Assembly (NCBI GenBank): GCA_903861155.1
Contig: CAIOTL010000063.1
Span: forward strand, 2,536-66,535
From: an uncultured Bacteroidota bacterium
GTDB lineage: Bacteria; Bacteroidota; Bacteroidia; Flavobacteriales; Flavobacteriaceae
DNA length: 64,000 nt
Direction of reading: 5' to 3'
Positions 37,435-47,408 of this stretch are shown piece by piece. The notes under the pieces were generated by a model, which ran no database searches, was not told the DNA's origin, and saw nothing but the letters and a program-made list of their open reading frames with translations. The position numbers and the translations under genes were made by a program. How positions within the stretch are numbered: the stretch's first letter is position 1; the number at the start of each line of letters is the position of its first letter.

Positions 37435-38412
37435 ATGGTTGACATTTCTATCGTTATTGTAAATTACAAGAGTTGGACAGTTTTGAGAGAATGTCTCGAA
37501 GCAATTACCGCGATGGTTTCCAACAGGTTTTCATTTGAAACTATTGTTGTGGATAATGATTCTAATGACGAAAAAATTGACGGATTTAGAAATCAATTCC
37601 CGTTAGTTAATTTTATAAAAAACTCAGGAAATAATGGCTTTGCCAATGGCTGTAATACGGGAGCCAATTTATCCAAAGGAAACTATTTACTTTTCTTAAA
37701 TCCAGATACTGTAGCCAACGAGGATGCAATCTATCAACTTTGGAAAACTGCCAAAAATAATACTGATTTTGGAATCGTGACCTGCACTCAACTAAACGAA
37801 AAAGGAAAACCTTACAATGAAATGCGGTTTTTTCCAAGTTTAATAACTCTGTTTGGTTCATTTCGCGCAATCAACAAATTATTCCCAAAAAAACAAATTA
37901 TTGAAAATCTTAATCCAGTCAAAAGCATTGCATTCCCAGACTGGGTAACTGGTGCCGTGATATTCATGAGTGCTGACTGGTTCAAAAAAATAAATGGTTG
38001 GAATGAAAAATATTGGCTCTATTTTGAGGATGTAGATATTTGCAATCGAATTGCCAAGAAAGGTGGCAAAGTTGTATTGATAGGAACAACAACAATTCTG
38101 CATAAACACGGAGGAGCTTCAAGAATTAACATAAAAACCAAAGCGCTAACAAAAACCGAAGTGCTAATTTCTCAACATATTTATTTTAGCGAACATTCAA
38201 AAGGATTTGAGCTCTTTTTAATTCAATCCTTATTGCTTTTGACCTTGCTGTTCGAAAAAACTTTGATGGCAATTTTTGGATGTGTTTTCTTTTTTAATCC
38301 AAAATTAAAAGTGAATCTTTACCTATTCAAAAACCTTTTGACCTACTATTTTTCGGCTATTTATAATAGAACCTGGATAAGTCCCCGATCAACATTATAC
38401 AAACATCAATAA
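37435..38412 (+). CDS. Glycosyltransferase family 2 (WbbL-like)
   Basis: SIVIVNY, VVDNDS, NNGFA.GCN, FLNPD, YFEDVDIC. Confidence 0.9.
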   Translation: MVDISIVIVNYKSWTVLRECLEAITAMVSNRFSFETIVVDNDSNDEKIDGFRNQFPLVNFIKNSGNNGFANGCNTGANLSKGNYLLFLNPDTVANEDAIYQLWKTAKNNTDFGIVTCTQLNEKGKPYNEMRFFPSLITLFGSFRAINKLFPKKQIIENLNPVKSIAFPDWVTGAVIFMSADWFKKINGWNEKYWLYFEDVDICNRIAKKGGKVVLIGTTTILHKHGGASRINIKTKALTKTEVLISQHIYFSEHSKGFELFLIQSLLLLTLLFEKTLMAIFGCVFFFNPKLKVNLYLFKNLLTYYFSAIYNRTWISPRSTLYKHQ

Positions 38413-38413
38413 A

Positions 38414-40264
38414 ATGAAAATTCTTGTAATCCAGCAAAAAATGATTGGCGATGTGCTGTTAAGCTCGATTTTATGCGATAATTTACGCAAAGCATATCCT
38501 GATGCCACAATTGATTACATGGTTTACGAATCGACAATTGCCGTTCTTCAAGGAAATAAATCCATAAGTAATTTAATCTTGTTTAAAAAAAAACATAGAA
38601 AAAGTAAACGAGAATTTTTTAAATTATTACTTGAAATTCGCAGCAATAAATACGATATAGTTATTGATGCCTATTCTAAAATTGAAAGCTTTTTGCCCGT
38701 TCTATTTTCGGGAGCAAAACAAAAAATATCGTTTTCTAAAAATTGGCAAAAGTTACTTTTCACTGATGTTGTCGAAAAAATACAAACTCCAAAAACTAAT
38801 TTAGGTTTAATCATAGAACAACGACTTTCTTTACTTGATCCGCTACATTTAAAAATTGATTTAGATACTTTTCCGAAACTTTACGTAACAACCGAAGAAA
38901 AGGAATTCGCCAAAAAAACATTTAAAAAGCACCATCTTGATCCGACAAGAAAAACTGTAATGGTTAGCATTATAGGTAGTTCGGAGGCCAAAACGTACCC
39001 TCCAAACTATATGGCTGAAATTATTGATGATATTGCCATTAATTATGATTTGAATATTGTATTTAATTATATTCCGAACCAGATCGAACAAGCAAAAACA
39101 ATATTTAAACTTTGTAAAAAAGAAACCCAATCAAAAATTTATTTTGAAGTTTTAGGAAAAAATATCAGGGAATTTATTGCCATAATGAACGAATGTGATT
39201 TAATAATAGGTAATGATGGCGGTGCTATAAATATGGCAAAAGCACTAGGAAAGTCATCTTTTATTATATTTTCTCCTTGGATAGACAAAAAAGGGTGGGC
39301 CACTTTTGAAGACGGCATTAAGCACGTTTCGGTACATTTGAATGACTTTATTCCCGAATTACTAATCAATAATTCTGAAAAAGAAATCAAAAAAAATAAC
39401 TTTTCTCTTTATCAAGAATTCAAACCCAGTTTATTCAAGGACAAAATAAACTCGTTTATAAAATTCAATCTTTCGAATAAAGTTGAGCAAAATATCCAAC
39501 AAATTAAATACCAAAAGCAATTATTAAGTGCCTTGATCATTACTTATAATGAGGAAAATAATATTGCAGCCGTTTTAGACGATTTGGATTTTGCAGCTGA
39601 AATTTTGGTCATCGATTCTTTCAGCACTGATAAAACTGTTGAAATAGTGAAATCATATGGCAACGTACAATTATTTCAGCACCCTTTTGAGAATTTTGCC
39701 AAGCAACGAAATTACGCCATAAGTCTTGCTTCTAATCCTTGGATACTTTTCATTGATGGTGATGAAAGACTCACTCCAGAACTAAAACAAGAAATCATCC
39801 AAACGATTCAACAAAAAGAAAGTTGTTCTGCCTACAATTTTTACCGCATTTCGATGTTCAAAAACACCCCATTACATTTTAGCGGCAAACAAACGGAAAA
39901 AATTTTCAGGCTTTTTCAAAAAGAAAAAGCCCAATATGTTTCCCATAAAATCGTTCACGAAAAACTAGCCATTTCGGGAACAATTGGCGAATTAAAAAAT
40001 AAACTGATTCATTATTCCTATAGCGATTACAACAATTATAAACAAAAAATGACTCTTTACGGAAAGTTAAAAGCGAAAGAAGAGTTTATGAAAGGAACAA
40101 AACCGGGTTTTTTCCATTTTTACATAAGACCTTTATACCAATTCATTTATCAGTACATAATTCGATTTGGGATTCTTGACGGCAAAAATGGCATTATTAT
40201 TTGCTATTTGAATGCATTAAGCGTGTATATCAGATTTCAGGAATTAAAAAAAATAAAATCTTAA
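38414..40264 (+). CDS. Fused GT9 (heptosyltransferase-like) and GT2 glycosyltransferase
   Basis: N-terminal KMIGDVLLSS and IGNDGGAINMAKAL (GT9); C-terminal SALIITYNEE, IDSFSTD, WILFIDGDE (GT2). Confidence 0.85.
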   Translation: MKILVIQQKMIGDVLLSSILCDNLRKAYPDATIDYMVYESTIAVLQGNKSISNLILFKKKHRKSKREFFKLLLEIRSNKYDIVIDAYSKIESFLPVLFSGAKQKISFSKNWQKLLFTDVVEKIQTPKTNLGLIIEQRLSLLDPLHLKIDLDTFPKLYVTTEEKEFAKKTFKKHHLDPTRKTVMVSIIGSSEAKTYPPNYMAEIIDDIAINYDLNIVFNYIPNQIEQAKTIFKLCKKETQSKIYFEVLGKNIREFIAIMNECDLIIGNDGGAINMAKALGKSSFIIFSPWIDKKGWATFEDGIKHVSVHLNDFIPELLINNSEKEIKKNNFSLYQEFKPSLFKDKINSFIKFNLSNKVEQNIQQIKYQKQLLSALIITYNEENNIAAVLDDLDFAAEILVIDSFSTDKTVEIVKSYGNVQLFQHPFENFAKQRNYAISLASNPWILFIDGDERLTPELKQEIIQTIQQKESCSAYNFYRISMFKNTPLHFSGKQTEKIFRLFQKEKAQYVSHKIVHEKLAISGTIGELKNKLIHYSYSDYNNYKQKMTLYGKLKAKEEFMKGTKPGFFHFYIRPLYQFIYQYIIRFGILDGKNGIIICYLNALSVYIRFQELKKIKS

Positions 40265-41034
40265 AATTGAGATTTCAAAAATTTTAGCTTCTTTTTCAAT
40301 CTTTGTCTTTGAGAAAATTCCCTTTGAAACTGGCTTGTGTAAAACCACATTTTTTCAAAAATTTCGGATTCATTATGTAAAGTATACAATTTAGCATATT
40401 CATTGCTCATAATGGCAACCATCTCTTTTTTTGGGGTAAGTCTGCCGAAATTTTTCATCCTCATATCGAAATCTAAGATTTTATGAAAATTCATCCTGTT
40501 CAAATCAACCAAATAAAAATTATACTTCCCGTCATCTATTTTTTTTATCAAAGTGTTTCCCGGCGAATGGTCTAAAAACTCGATTCCTTTCTCGTGCAAA
40601 TCGAAAGTAAATTTGGCGAATTGCCTTAAAATGGTGGAGTGTTCTGGAAAATCGGGAATTTCGACCAATTCCCTATAAGTCAAATCACAATGAAGATGCT
40701 CACAAACATAAAAACTTTTATTTAATCCTAAAGAATCGTAATCCTCAAAATAAGCAATTGGCATTGGAGTTCCAATTCCATTTTCAATTAAAATAGTTGC
40801 ATATTCGAAAGACCGTCTAGCCTTGGATTTTCTAAAATATTTATAAGTAATTTTATTAATGAAGTGTGGAATTTTGAAGGATTTAACGTTAATTGTTTTA
40901 TTCTCAAATTCGAAAAGTTTAATTATATTTCTTTTTGCATCGCCAAAAAGAGTTCCTTCAATGTCAAAATTATTTATATAATTAACAATTTGTTTTTCAG
41001 CAAATCTGAAAGAAGGATTTATGATATGTTTCAT
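40261..41034 (-). CDS. LPS kinase, Kdo/WaaP family
   Basis: VKSFK, KSKARRSFEYA, DHSPGNTLI, LVDLNRM; alternative start 41043; promoter box TACATTTG at 41058-41065. Confidence 0.85.
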   Translation of the reverse strand: MKHIINPSFRFAEKQIVNYINNFDIEGTLFGDAKRNIIKLFEFENKTINVKSFKIPHFINKITYKYFRKSKARRSFEYATILIENGIGTPMPIAYFEDYDSLGLNKSFYVCEHLHCDLTYRELVEIPDFPEHSTILRQFAKFTFDLHEKGIEFLDHSPGNTLIKKIDDGKYNFYLVDLNRMNFHKILDFDMRMKNFGRLTPKKEMVAIMSNEYAKLYTLHNESEIFEKMWFYTSQFQREFSQRQRLKKKLKFLKSQF

Positions 41035-41120
41035 TAAATGCATACGTTAAAGTCAGACAAATGTATGTATTGCATTTTAGACTTCAAATATTTAATGTAA
41101 TTTTACATAAATTTAATATT

Positions 41121-41915
41121 ATGTCATATCAGAGTTGTTCATTAGTAACTCCAACTTATAATTGGCCCGAAGCATTAGAATTATTACTATTAAGCCTCCT
41201 GAATCAGTCAGTTTTACCCAATGAAGTGATAATTGCAGACGATGGTTCAAGAGAAGATACTAAGCAATTAATCGAAACATTTCAAAAAATATTCCCAATT
41301 CCCTTGATTCATATTTGGCACGAAGACGTCAAAAACAGAAAGCCCAAGATTATGAACAAAGCCATTGCAGCCTCTAGATTTGACTATATAATCGAAATAG
41401 ACGGTGATATTATAATGGACAAAGATTTCATTAAAGACCATCTTACTTTCAACAAAAAAGGGTCCTATTTATTTGGATCACGAGTTAATATTCAAGAAAA
41501 ATTATTGCCTGAACTATTTTCGAAAAAAATTATTAATTTCAATTTGTTTTCCAAACAGATTAAAAAAAGAGGACGAACCATCCGAATTCCGCTATTGATG
41601 AATTTTATTAAAAGTATTGACAAACGATCCCGAAAACTTAGAGGTTGCAATATGTCATTCTGGAAAGAAGATTTTATTAAAATCAACGGTTTTAATGAGG
41701 ATTTGGTAGGCTGGGGAATTGATGATTCCGAAATGATTCAACGTTTGCATAACATTGGAATAAAAGGAAAAAGATTGAAATATTCCGGTATTGCTTATCA
41801 TATTTTTCACAAAGAACAATCAAAAAGCAATCTCGAAATCAACAACGAAATCGAGAGACAAACCACTGAAAAGAAACTTACTTTTATCGAAAAAGGAATC
41901 AATCAATATTTATGA
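41121..41915 (+). CDS. Glycosyltransferase family 2 with GT7C-like C-terminus
   Basis: TYNWPEAL, IIADDGS, IDGD, GCNMSFWK, INGFNED..GWG.DD. Confidence 0.9.
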   Translation: MSYQSCSLVTPTYNWPEALELLLLSLLNQSVLPNEVIIADDGSREDTKQLIETFQKIFPIPLIHIWHEDVKNRKPKIMNKAIAASRFDYIIEIDGDIIMDKDFIKDHLTFNKKGSYLFGSRVNIQEKLLPELFSKKIINFNLFSKQIKKRGRTIRIPLLMNFIKSIDKRSRKLRGCNMSFWKEDFIKINGFNEDLVGWGIDDSEMIQRLHNIGIKGKRLKYSGIAYHIFHKEQSKSNLEINNEIERQTTEKKLTFIEKGINQYL

Positions 41916-42838
41916 TGTTTGACATAGCCGTAATTTTAATCAACTACAATTCAAGCGAACACAGCATCAATTGCATTCGTTCCATCGTCGAAAAAACCTC
42001 GAAAAATATTCATTACCAAATCATCATAACCGATAATTGTTCGAAAAAAAAGGATTATTTAAAGCTAAAATCTTTTTGTGATGAAGTTGATTTTTCTAAT
42101 CTAGAACTTCACCGAAACCATATAAATTCAGGTTTTGGCGCAGGAAATATGTTTGGAGTTCAATTTGCCAATGCCAAGTATTTGGCTTTCGTCAATAACG
42201 ATACTTTATTGAAAAATGATTGTTTGTCAATTCTTAAAAATGCTCTGGAAAACAATCCAAATATTGGAATTGTAGGAGCTCAAGCCTACAAAGAAACTGG
42301 AGATTTTATGGTCTCACTCGATCATTTTGCTTCTCCTGCGAGAGAAATTATTGGGCGAAGTTTCTTGGAAATCATCAATTCTAAGAAATATCCAAAACGA
42401 AAAAAAAAATATACTAGTCCGCTGCAAGTAAACTTTGTTCCTGGAAGTTTTATGTTTGTTGGAGCAACCGATTTCTATGAAGTTGGAGGTTTTGACACCA
42501 ATATTTTTCTCTATTATGAAGAAACCGATCTATGCATTCGATTAGCGAAAAAATCAAAGTTTGCCTACTTAATTCCTGAAGCTGAATTTGTTCATTTTCA
42601 CGGAGCCAGCACAATAAAATCATTAGCAATAAAAAAAGAATTAAAGATTTCGTTGCTCTATATAATTCGAAAACATTACGGTTTTTTCGGGCATAAAATA
42701 GTAATGGTATTTCTAATTGTAAAATATTTTTTTAGCAGCATTCTAAAACCCAAAAATTGGTCGTTGTTTTTTTTAATTTTGACTGGTGCTCCTTTGTCAA
42801 AATCACTAAAAACCAAACAAAAAATCGTAACCCTATGA
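41912..42838 (+). CDS. Glycosyltransferase family 2
   Basis: VILINYNS, ITDNCS, GFGAGN, VNND, YYEETDLC. Confidence 0.9.
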   Translation: MMFDIAVILINYNSSEHSINCIRSIVEKTSKNIHYQIIITDNCSKKKDYLKLKSFCDEVDFSNLELHRNHINSGFGAGNMFGVQFANAKYLAFVNNDTLLKNDCLSILKNALENNPNIGIVGAQAYKETGDFMVSLDHFASPAREIIGRSFLEIINSKKYPKRKKKYTSPLQVNFVPGSFMFVGATDFYEVGGFDTNIFLYYEETDLCIRLAKKSKFAYLIPEAEFVHFHGASTIKSLAIKKELKISLLYIIRKHYGFFGHKIVMVFLIVKYFFSSILKPKNWSLFFLILTGAPLSKSLKTKQKIVTL

Positions 42839-43398
42839 TAAATGAAGAAATACACAAAGCTTTCGAAATAATCCAAAAAGGTGGAATAATCCTTTATCCA
42901 ACAGATACCGTTTGGGGAATTGGATGTGATGCCACGAATCCTGAGGCTGTCGCCAAAATATACAAACTCAAACAAAGGACAGAAACACAGAGTATGATTG
43001 TCTTGATGAATGGAGAAAAAATGATGTACAATGTTTTCAAAGATATCCCAGAAGTGGCCTGGCAAATTATGGATTTATCCGAAAAACCAACAACTTTAAT
43101 TCTAGACAAACCAAGAAATGTAGCACCCAATTTAATAGCCACTGATAATACTTTAGGAGTTCGAATCGTCAAAGAAGCTTTCTGTTTTAAATTATTGGAA
43201 AAGATGCAAAAACCCTTGGTATCGACCTCAGCTAATATATCTGGTCAACCTACACCTATTGCTTTCAAAGATATTAGTCCAGAAATTATAAAAGGTGTTG
43301 ACTATGTTGTAAATTTGCATCGCGAAAAAATTGGCTTAAAGCCATCCACAATTATCAAATTGACGAACGATTCACAGGTAAAAGTGATTCGAAAATAG
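42835..43398 (+). CDS. tsaC: L-threonylcarbamoyladenylate synthase (Sua5/YrdC/TsaC)
   Basis: ILYPTDTVWGIGCD, PLVSTSANISG, PSTII; ATGA overlap with the upstream GT. Confidence 0.92.
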   Translation: MINEEIHKAFEIIQKGGIILYPTDTVWGIGCDATNPEAVAKIYKLKQRTETQSMIVLMNGEKMMYNVFKDIPEVAWQIMDLSEKPTTLILDKPRNVAPNLIATDNTLGVRIVKEAFCFKLLEKMQKPLVSTSANISGQPTPIAFKDISPEIIKGVDYVVNLHREKIGLKPSTIIKLTNDSQVKVIRK

Positions 43399-43454
43399 TT
43401 TGCAGTATTCAGTTTTCAGTTTTCAGTTAAGCAACTTTAAACTTTAAGCTCTAA
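43399..43454. repeat. Two adjacent degenerate heptamer arrays (TTTTCAG x4, ACTTTAA x3)
   Basis: Direct reading; period 7 across nearly the whole spacer. Confidence 0.8.
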
Positions 43455-43464
43455 ACAAAAATTA

Positions 43465-44886
43465 ATGAACTACAAATCAGCATTAAATAATAAAATCTTC
43501 GAAGTCGTTTCACAAGCTTCCCAAGAACTTCATATCGAAAGTTATGTGATTGGTGGTTTCGTGAGGGATTTAATCCTTAAAAGAGATTTCAAAAAAGACA
43601 TTGATGTCGTAGCCGTTGGCAGTGGAATTGAACTAGCTTTAAAAGTTTCGGAATTACTTCCAAAAAAACCAAAAGTTCAGGTTTTTAAAAACTACGGAAC
43701 TGCAATGTTACGTTTTGAAGAAATTGACATCGAATTTGTGGGTGGCAGAAAAGAATCCTATCATTTCGAAAGTCGAAATCCTGTAGTCGAAAACGGAACA
43801 TTGGAAGATGACCAAAATCGTCGTGATTTCACTATCAATGCTCTTGCTTTATCTCTAAATAAGGATAATTTCGGAGCACTTTCTGATCCTTTCAATGGGT
43901 TGGAAGATATGAAAAATAAAATCATTAAAACACCGCTCGATCCGGACATCACCTTTTCTGACGATCCATTGAGAATGCTTCGTGCCATTCGGTTTGCAAA
44001 TCAATTGGGTTTTGAAATCGAAAAAAACTCTTTGCAATCTATTACAAAAAATGCAGATCGAATCAACATAATTTCTGGTGAAAGAATTGTAGATGAATTG
44101 AATAAAATTCTTTCGACAGACAAACCCTCTATTGGATTTTTGTTATTATACAAAACTGGTATTTTAGACATCATTCTTCCTGAATTGACAGCTTTAAACC
44201 AGGTGGAAGAAATTGAAGGTCAAACCCACAAAAATAACTTTTATCATACGCTGGAAGTTGTCGACAATATTTGTCCAAACACCGATGATGTCTGGTTACG
44301 CTGGTCTGCCTTGTTGCACGACATTGGCAAAGCCCCAACAAAAAGATTCAATAAAAAACAAGGTTGGACTTTTCACGGCCACGAGTTTCTTGGCGGAAAA
44401 ATGACAAAAAAAATATTCGAAAGGTTGCATATGCCATTGAATCATAAAATGAAATTTGTGCGAAAAATGGTGATGATGAGTTCGCGTCCAATTGTACTTT
44501 CTCAAGATTTAGTGACTGATTCTGCCGTACGTCGTTTAGTTTTTGATGCCGGTGAAGATGTAGAAAGTTTAATGACGTTGTGTGAAGCAGACATTACGAC
44601 TAAAAATCCAAATAAATTCAAGAAATACCATCATAATTTTGAATTGGTTCGCAAGAAAATTGTGGAAGTCGAAGAACGCGACCATGTGCGGAATTTTCAG
44701 CCACCAATTTCAGGAGAAGAAATTATGACGATTTTTAATTTGAAACCTTCTAGAGAAATTGGAGTTTTGAAAGAGGCAGTGAAAGAAGCAATTCTTGAAG
44801 GCGAAATCCCAAATGAACATCAAGCGGCTTATAATTTTGTATTGAAAAGAGCTGAAAAATTAGGGTTAAAGATTAACGCTTGTTGA
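43465..44886 (+). CDS. cca: CCA tRNA nucleotidyltransferase/poly(A) polymerase family with HD domain
   Basis: IGGFVRD, DIDV, RRDFTINA, DDPLRMLRA.RF, LLHDIGK. Confidence 0.88.
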   Translation: MNYKSALNNKIFEVVSQASQELHIESYVIGGFVRDLILKRDFKKDIDVVAVGSGIELALKVSELLPKKPKVQVFKNYGTAMLRFEEIDIEFVGGRKESYHFESRNPVVENGTLEDDQNRRDFTINALALSLNKDNFGALSDPFNGLEDMKNKIIKTPLDPDITFSDDPLRMLRAIRFANQLGFEIEKNSLQSITKNADRINIISGERIVDELNKILSTDKPSIGFLLLYKTGILDIILPELTALNQVEEIEGQTHKNNFYHTLEVVDNICPNTDDVWLRWSALLHDIGKAPTKRFNKKQGWTFHGHEFLGGKMTKKIFERLHMPLNHKMKFVRKMVMMSSRPIVLSQDLVTDSAVRRLVFDAGEDVESLMTLCEADITTKNPNKFKKYHHNFELVRKKIVEVEERDHVRNFQPPISGEEIMTIFNLKPSREIGVLKEAVKEAILEGEIPNEHQAAYNFVLKRAEKLGLKINAC

Positions 44887-44937
44887 ATTAACATTTAATT
44901 CAATTTAAAATATCTTTGTGAAAATTAATCTGATATA

Positions 44938-45960
44938 ATGAAAAAAGAGAATAAATCAGTAATAATCTGGCTACTTTCAGGTTGTTTTTTAGTGTTCGTA
45001 ATGGTTGTAGTAGGCGGAATTACACGATTGACCAATTCTGGGCTTTCAATGACCGATTGGCATTTGGTCACCGATACGTTTCTGCCGCTTACAGAAGCAA
45101 AATGGCAGGAAACATTTGAACAATACAAACAATTTCCAGAATATCAAAAAATCAACATCCATAAAGATTTTACACTTTCTGATTATAAACTTATCTATTT
45201 CTGGGAATGGTTCCATCGATTAATTGGCCGTGTTGTTGGCTTTGTATTCATAATCCCATTTATATATTTTTTGGTTAAGAAAAAAATTGACAACACTACA
45301 GTAAACAAATGTTATATACTCTTGGGAATGGGGGCTTTTCAAGGATTTTTAGGATGGTTTATGGTACGTAGCGGTTTAATTGACAATCCTGATGTAAGTC
45401 ATTTTCGTTTGTCATTACACTTAACTTTTGCATTTATCACGTTTGCCTATACATTCTGGGTTTCCTTAGACTTAATTTATCCTCAAAGAAAAACGGTCAC
45501 GAAATCATTAAGAAATATTGCTCGTTTTGCTCTTGCCTTCTTACTATTACAAATTATTTATGGCGGATTTGTTGCTGGTTTAGATGCTGGTTTAATTCAT
45601 AACCACTGGCCATTGATGAGCGACGGACAATTCTTTCACGAAAGCATAATTTTAGAAAAAGATACTTGGTTTAAAAGACTCACCGAAGGCAAAAGTGGAG
45701 TTCAATTCGTTCATAGAACATTAGCTTACTTAGTAGTTGGAATGATTGTTTTTATTTATTTTAAAAGTAAAAAATTCACTTTAGACAAAACGCAGTCAAC
45801 AGGAATTAATGCGCTTTTTGCTCTTGTATTTGTTCAATTTATACTGGGAGTTTTTACTTTGTTGTACAGCGTTCCTTTATGGTTAGGATTAGCGCATCAA
45901 GTAAGTGCTTTCTTTCTGCTTACGGCAATGACATTTACTTTGCACCGTTTGTCAAAATAA
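44938..45960 (+). CDS. ctaA: Heme A synthase (COX15/CtaA, type 2)
   Basis: GGITRLTNSGLSMTDW, EWFHR, VSHFRL..H, FVHR, HQ; promoter box TATCTTTG at 44911-44918. Confidence 0.92.
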   Translation: MKKENKSVIIWLLSGCFLVFVMVVVGGITRLTNSGLSMTDWHLVTDTFLPLTEAKWQETFEQYKQFPEYQKINIHKDFTLSDYKLIYFWEWFHRLIGRVVGFVFIIPFIYFLVKKKIDNTTVNKCYILLGMGAFQGFLGWFMVRSGLIDNPDVSHFRLSLHLTFAFITFAYTFWVSLDLIYPQRKTVTKSLRNIARFALAFLLLQIIYGGFVAGLDAGLIHNHWPLMSDGQFFHESIILEKDTWFKRLTEGKSGVQFVHRTLAYLVVGMIVFIYFKSKKFTLDKTQSTGINALFALVFVQFILGVFTLLYSVPLWLGLAHQVSAFFLLTAMTFTLHRLSK

Positions 45961-45973
45961 AACTTGTAAAATC

Positions 45974-46492
45974 ATGAAAAAAAACCTGCTATTATTTTCA
46001 TTATTAATATTTTCATATTTTTTTGCTTATCCGCAACAAAATCCAATTATTATTCTTGATGCCAAGAAAATAGGATTTATGCAAGATTTGAAGAAAGAAA
46101 TGGAAGATATAAATCCAAATGATATTTCTACAGTAACTGTATTAAAGGACAGTATTGTCTCCAAAAAATATGAATCAAATTTTGGAGTGATAATAATTAC
46201 TACCAAGAAATATATATTAGATACTTTTTATAAAAATAATATTGAAAATTCTTCTTTTAAAGAGAATATTAAATCCTCTGAAGATCTACTTAAAATTGGC
46301 ATTGTTGGTGCTGATTTAAAAAGTAAAAATCAGCCATATGATGAACTATCAAAATATATTGACACGAATACAATCACCGTTAAAATTGAAAAAATAGCAC
46401 AAATAGCCTTTTTAAACCCAGAAGATTCAGTTAAATTAAATCCGGAATGGACAAATGGTGCTATTGAAATCTCTTCGATTCATGAAGAATAA
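45974..46492 (+). CDS. Secreted hypothetical protein with TonB-plug-like motifs
   Basis: Signal peptide; PIIILD..INPNDISTVTVLKD...GVIIITTK resembles the SusC plug C-terminal motif. Confidence 0.6.
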   Translation: MKKNLLLFSLLIFSYFFAYPQQNPIIILDAKKIGFMQDLKKEMEDINPNDISTVTVLKDSIVSKKYESNFGVIIITTKKYILDTFYKNNIENSSFKENIKSSEDLLKIGIVGADLKSKNQPYDELSKYIDTNTITVKIEKIAQIAFLNPEDSVKLNPEWTNGAIEISSIHEE

Positions 46493-46541
46493 CCTAAAAT
46501 ACCCTGACTATATTGTCGCATTTTCTTTGTTCAAATAATAA

Positions 46542-47315
46542 ATGTCTAAACTTTCAGCTCGAGATCAATTTCTAGATGTATCAGATTATGGCAGACCAAT
46601 TGGAAAATTTTTTGCCTCTAAATTAAAAAATACCCGATTTACACCCATTCATATTACGCTACTTTTTGGCGTTACCGGTCTAATTGCGATCTATTGTATT
46701 TTGAAAAATCACTATTTTTTAGCAGGTATATTTATCATTTTAAAATCGATTATTGATGCTGCCGATGGGGAACTTTCAAGAGTAAAAAACACACCTTCTT
46801 ACACCGGAAGATACCTCGACAGTGTGTTTGATATTATTCTAAATTTTTTGTTTTTTTCAACGATTTGCTATGTATCGAAAACACCTTTTTGGATGACAAT
46901 TTTAGCTTTTTTCTGCATTCAACTACAAGGAACATTATACAATTACTACTATGTAATTTTGAGAAATAAATCGTTTGGTGGAGACACAACCAGCAAAATT
47001 TTCGAAGACAAATCACCTCGAGCTTTGCCTGGAGAAAGTCAAAAATCGGTAGATATTTTATTTTTTATTTACACCGTAGTCTATGGTGTTTTCGACAAAA
47101 TAATTCACACTTTAGATAGTAGTGCCTACAAGGTAAAAACATTTCCAAACTGGTTTATGACCTTCGTTTCTATTTATGGATTGGGTTTTCAATTACTGAT
47201 TATAGCCATTATGTTACCGCTAAATTTAATCGAATATATCGTTCCGTTTTTTATTATCTATACTCTGCTGGTATTTGTTTTAATTGGGATCAGAAAAACC
47301 GTTTTTAAGGCTTAA
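46542..47315 (+). CDS. CDP-alcohol phosphatidyltransferase family protein
   Basis: Signature DAADGELSR....SYTGRYLDSVFD. Confidence 0.88.
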   Translation: MSKLSARDQFLDVSDYGRPIGKFFASKLKNTRFTPIHITLLFGVTGLIAIYCILKNHYFLAGIFIILKSIIDAADGELSRVKNTPSYTGRYLDSVFDIILNFLFFSTICYVSKTPFWMTILAFFCIQLQGTLYNYYYVILRNKSFGGDTTSKIFEDKSPRALPGESQKSVDILFFIYTVVYGVFDKIIHTLDSSAYKVKTFPNWFMTFVSIYGLGFQLLIIAIMLPLNLIEYIVPFFIIYTLLVFVLIGIRKTVFKA

Positions 47316-47408
47316 AAAAACCATAGAATATATCTATACCTTTTTTATAAAAAACTAAATACCAGTGTTTTTAAACGAAATTAAATAAACAATAAATTTA
47401 ATAGCAAA

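Noticed and set aside
44883-44903. Palindrome TTGAATTAA-CAT-TTAATTCAA before ctaA as a fourth FNR site
   Set aside because: Does not match ATGAY-N4-RTCAT or the 28.5-29.5 bp spacing; AT-only stem may be a weak terminator or another operator
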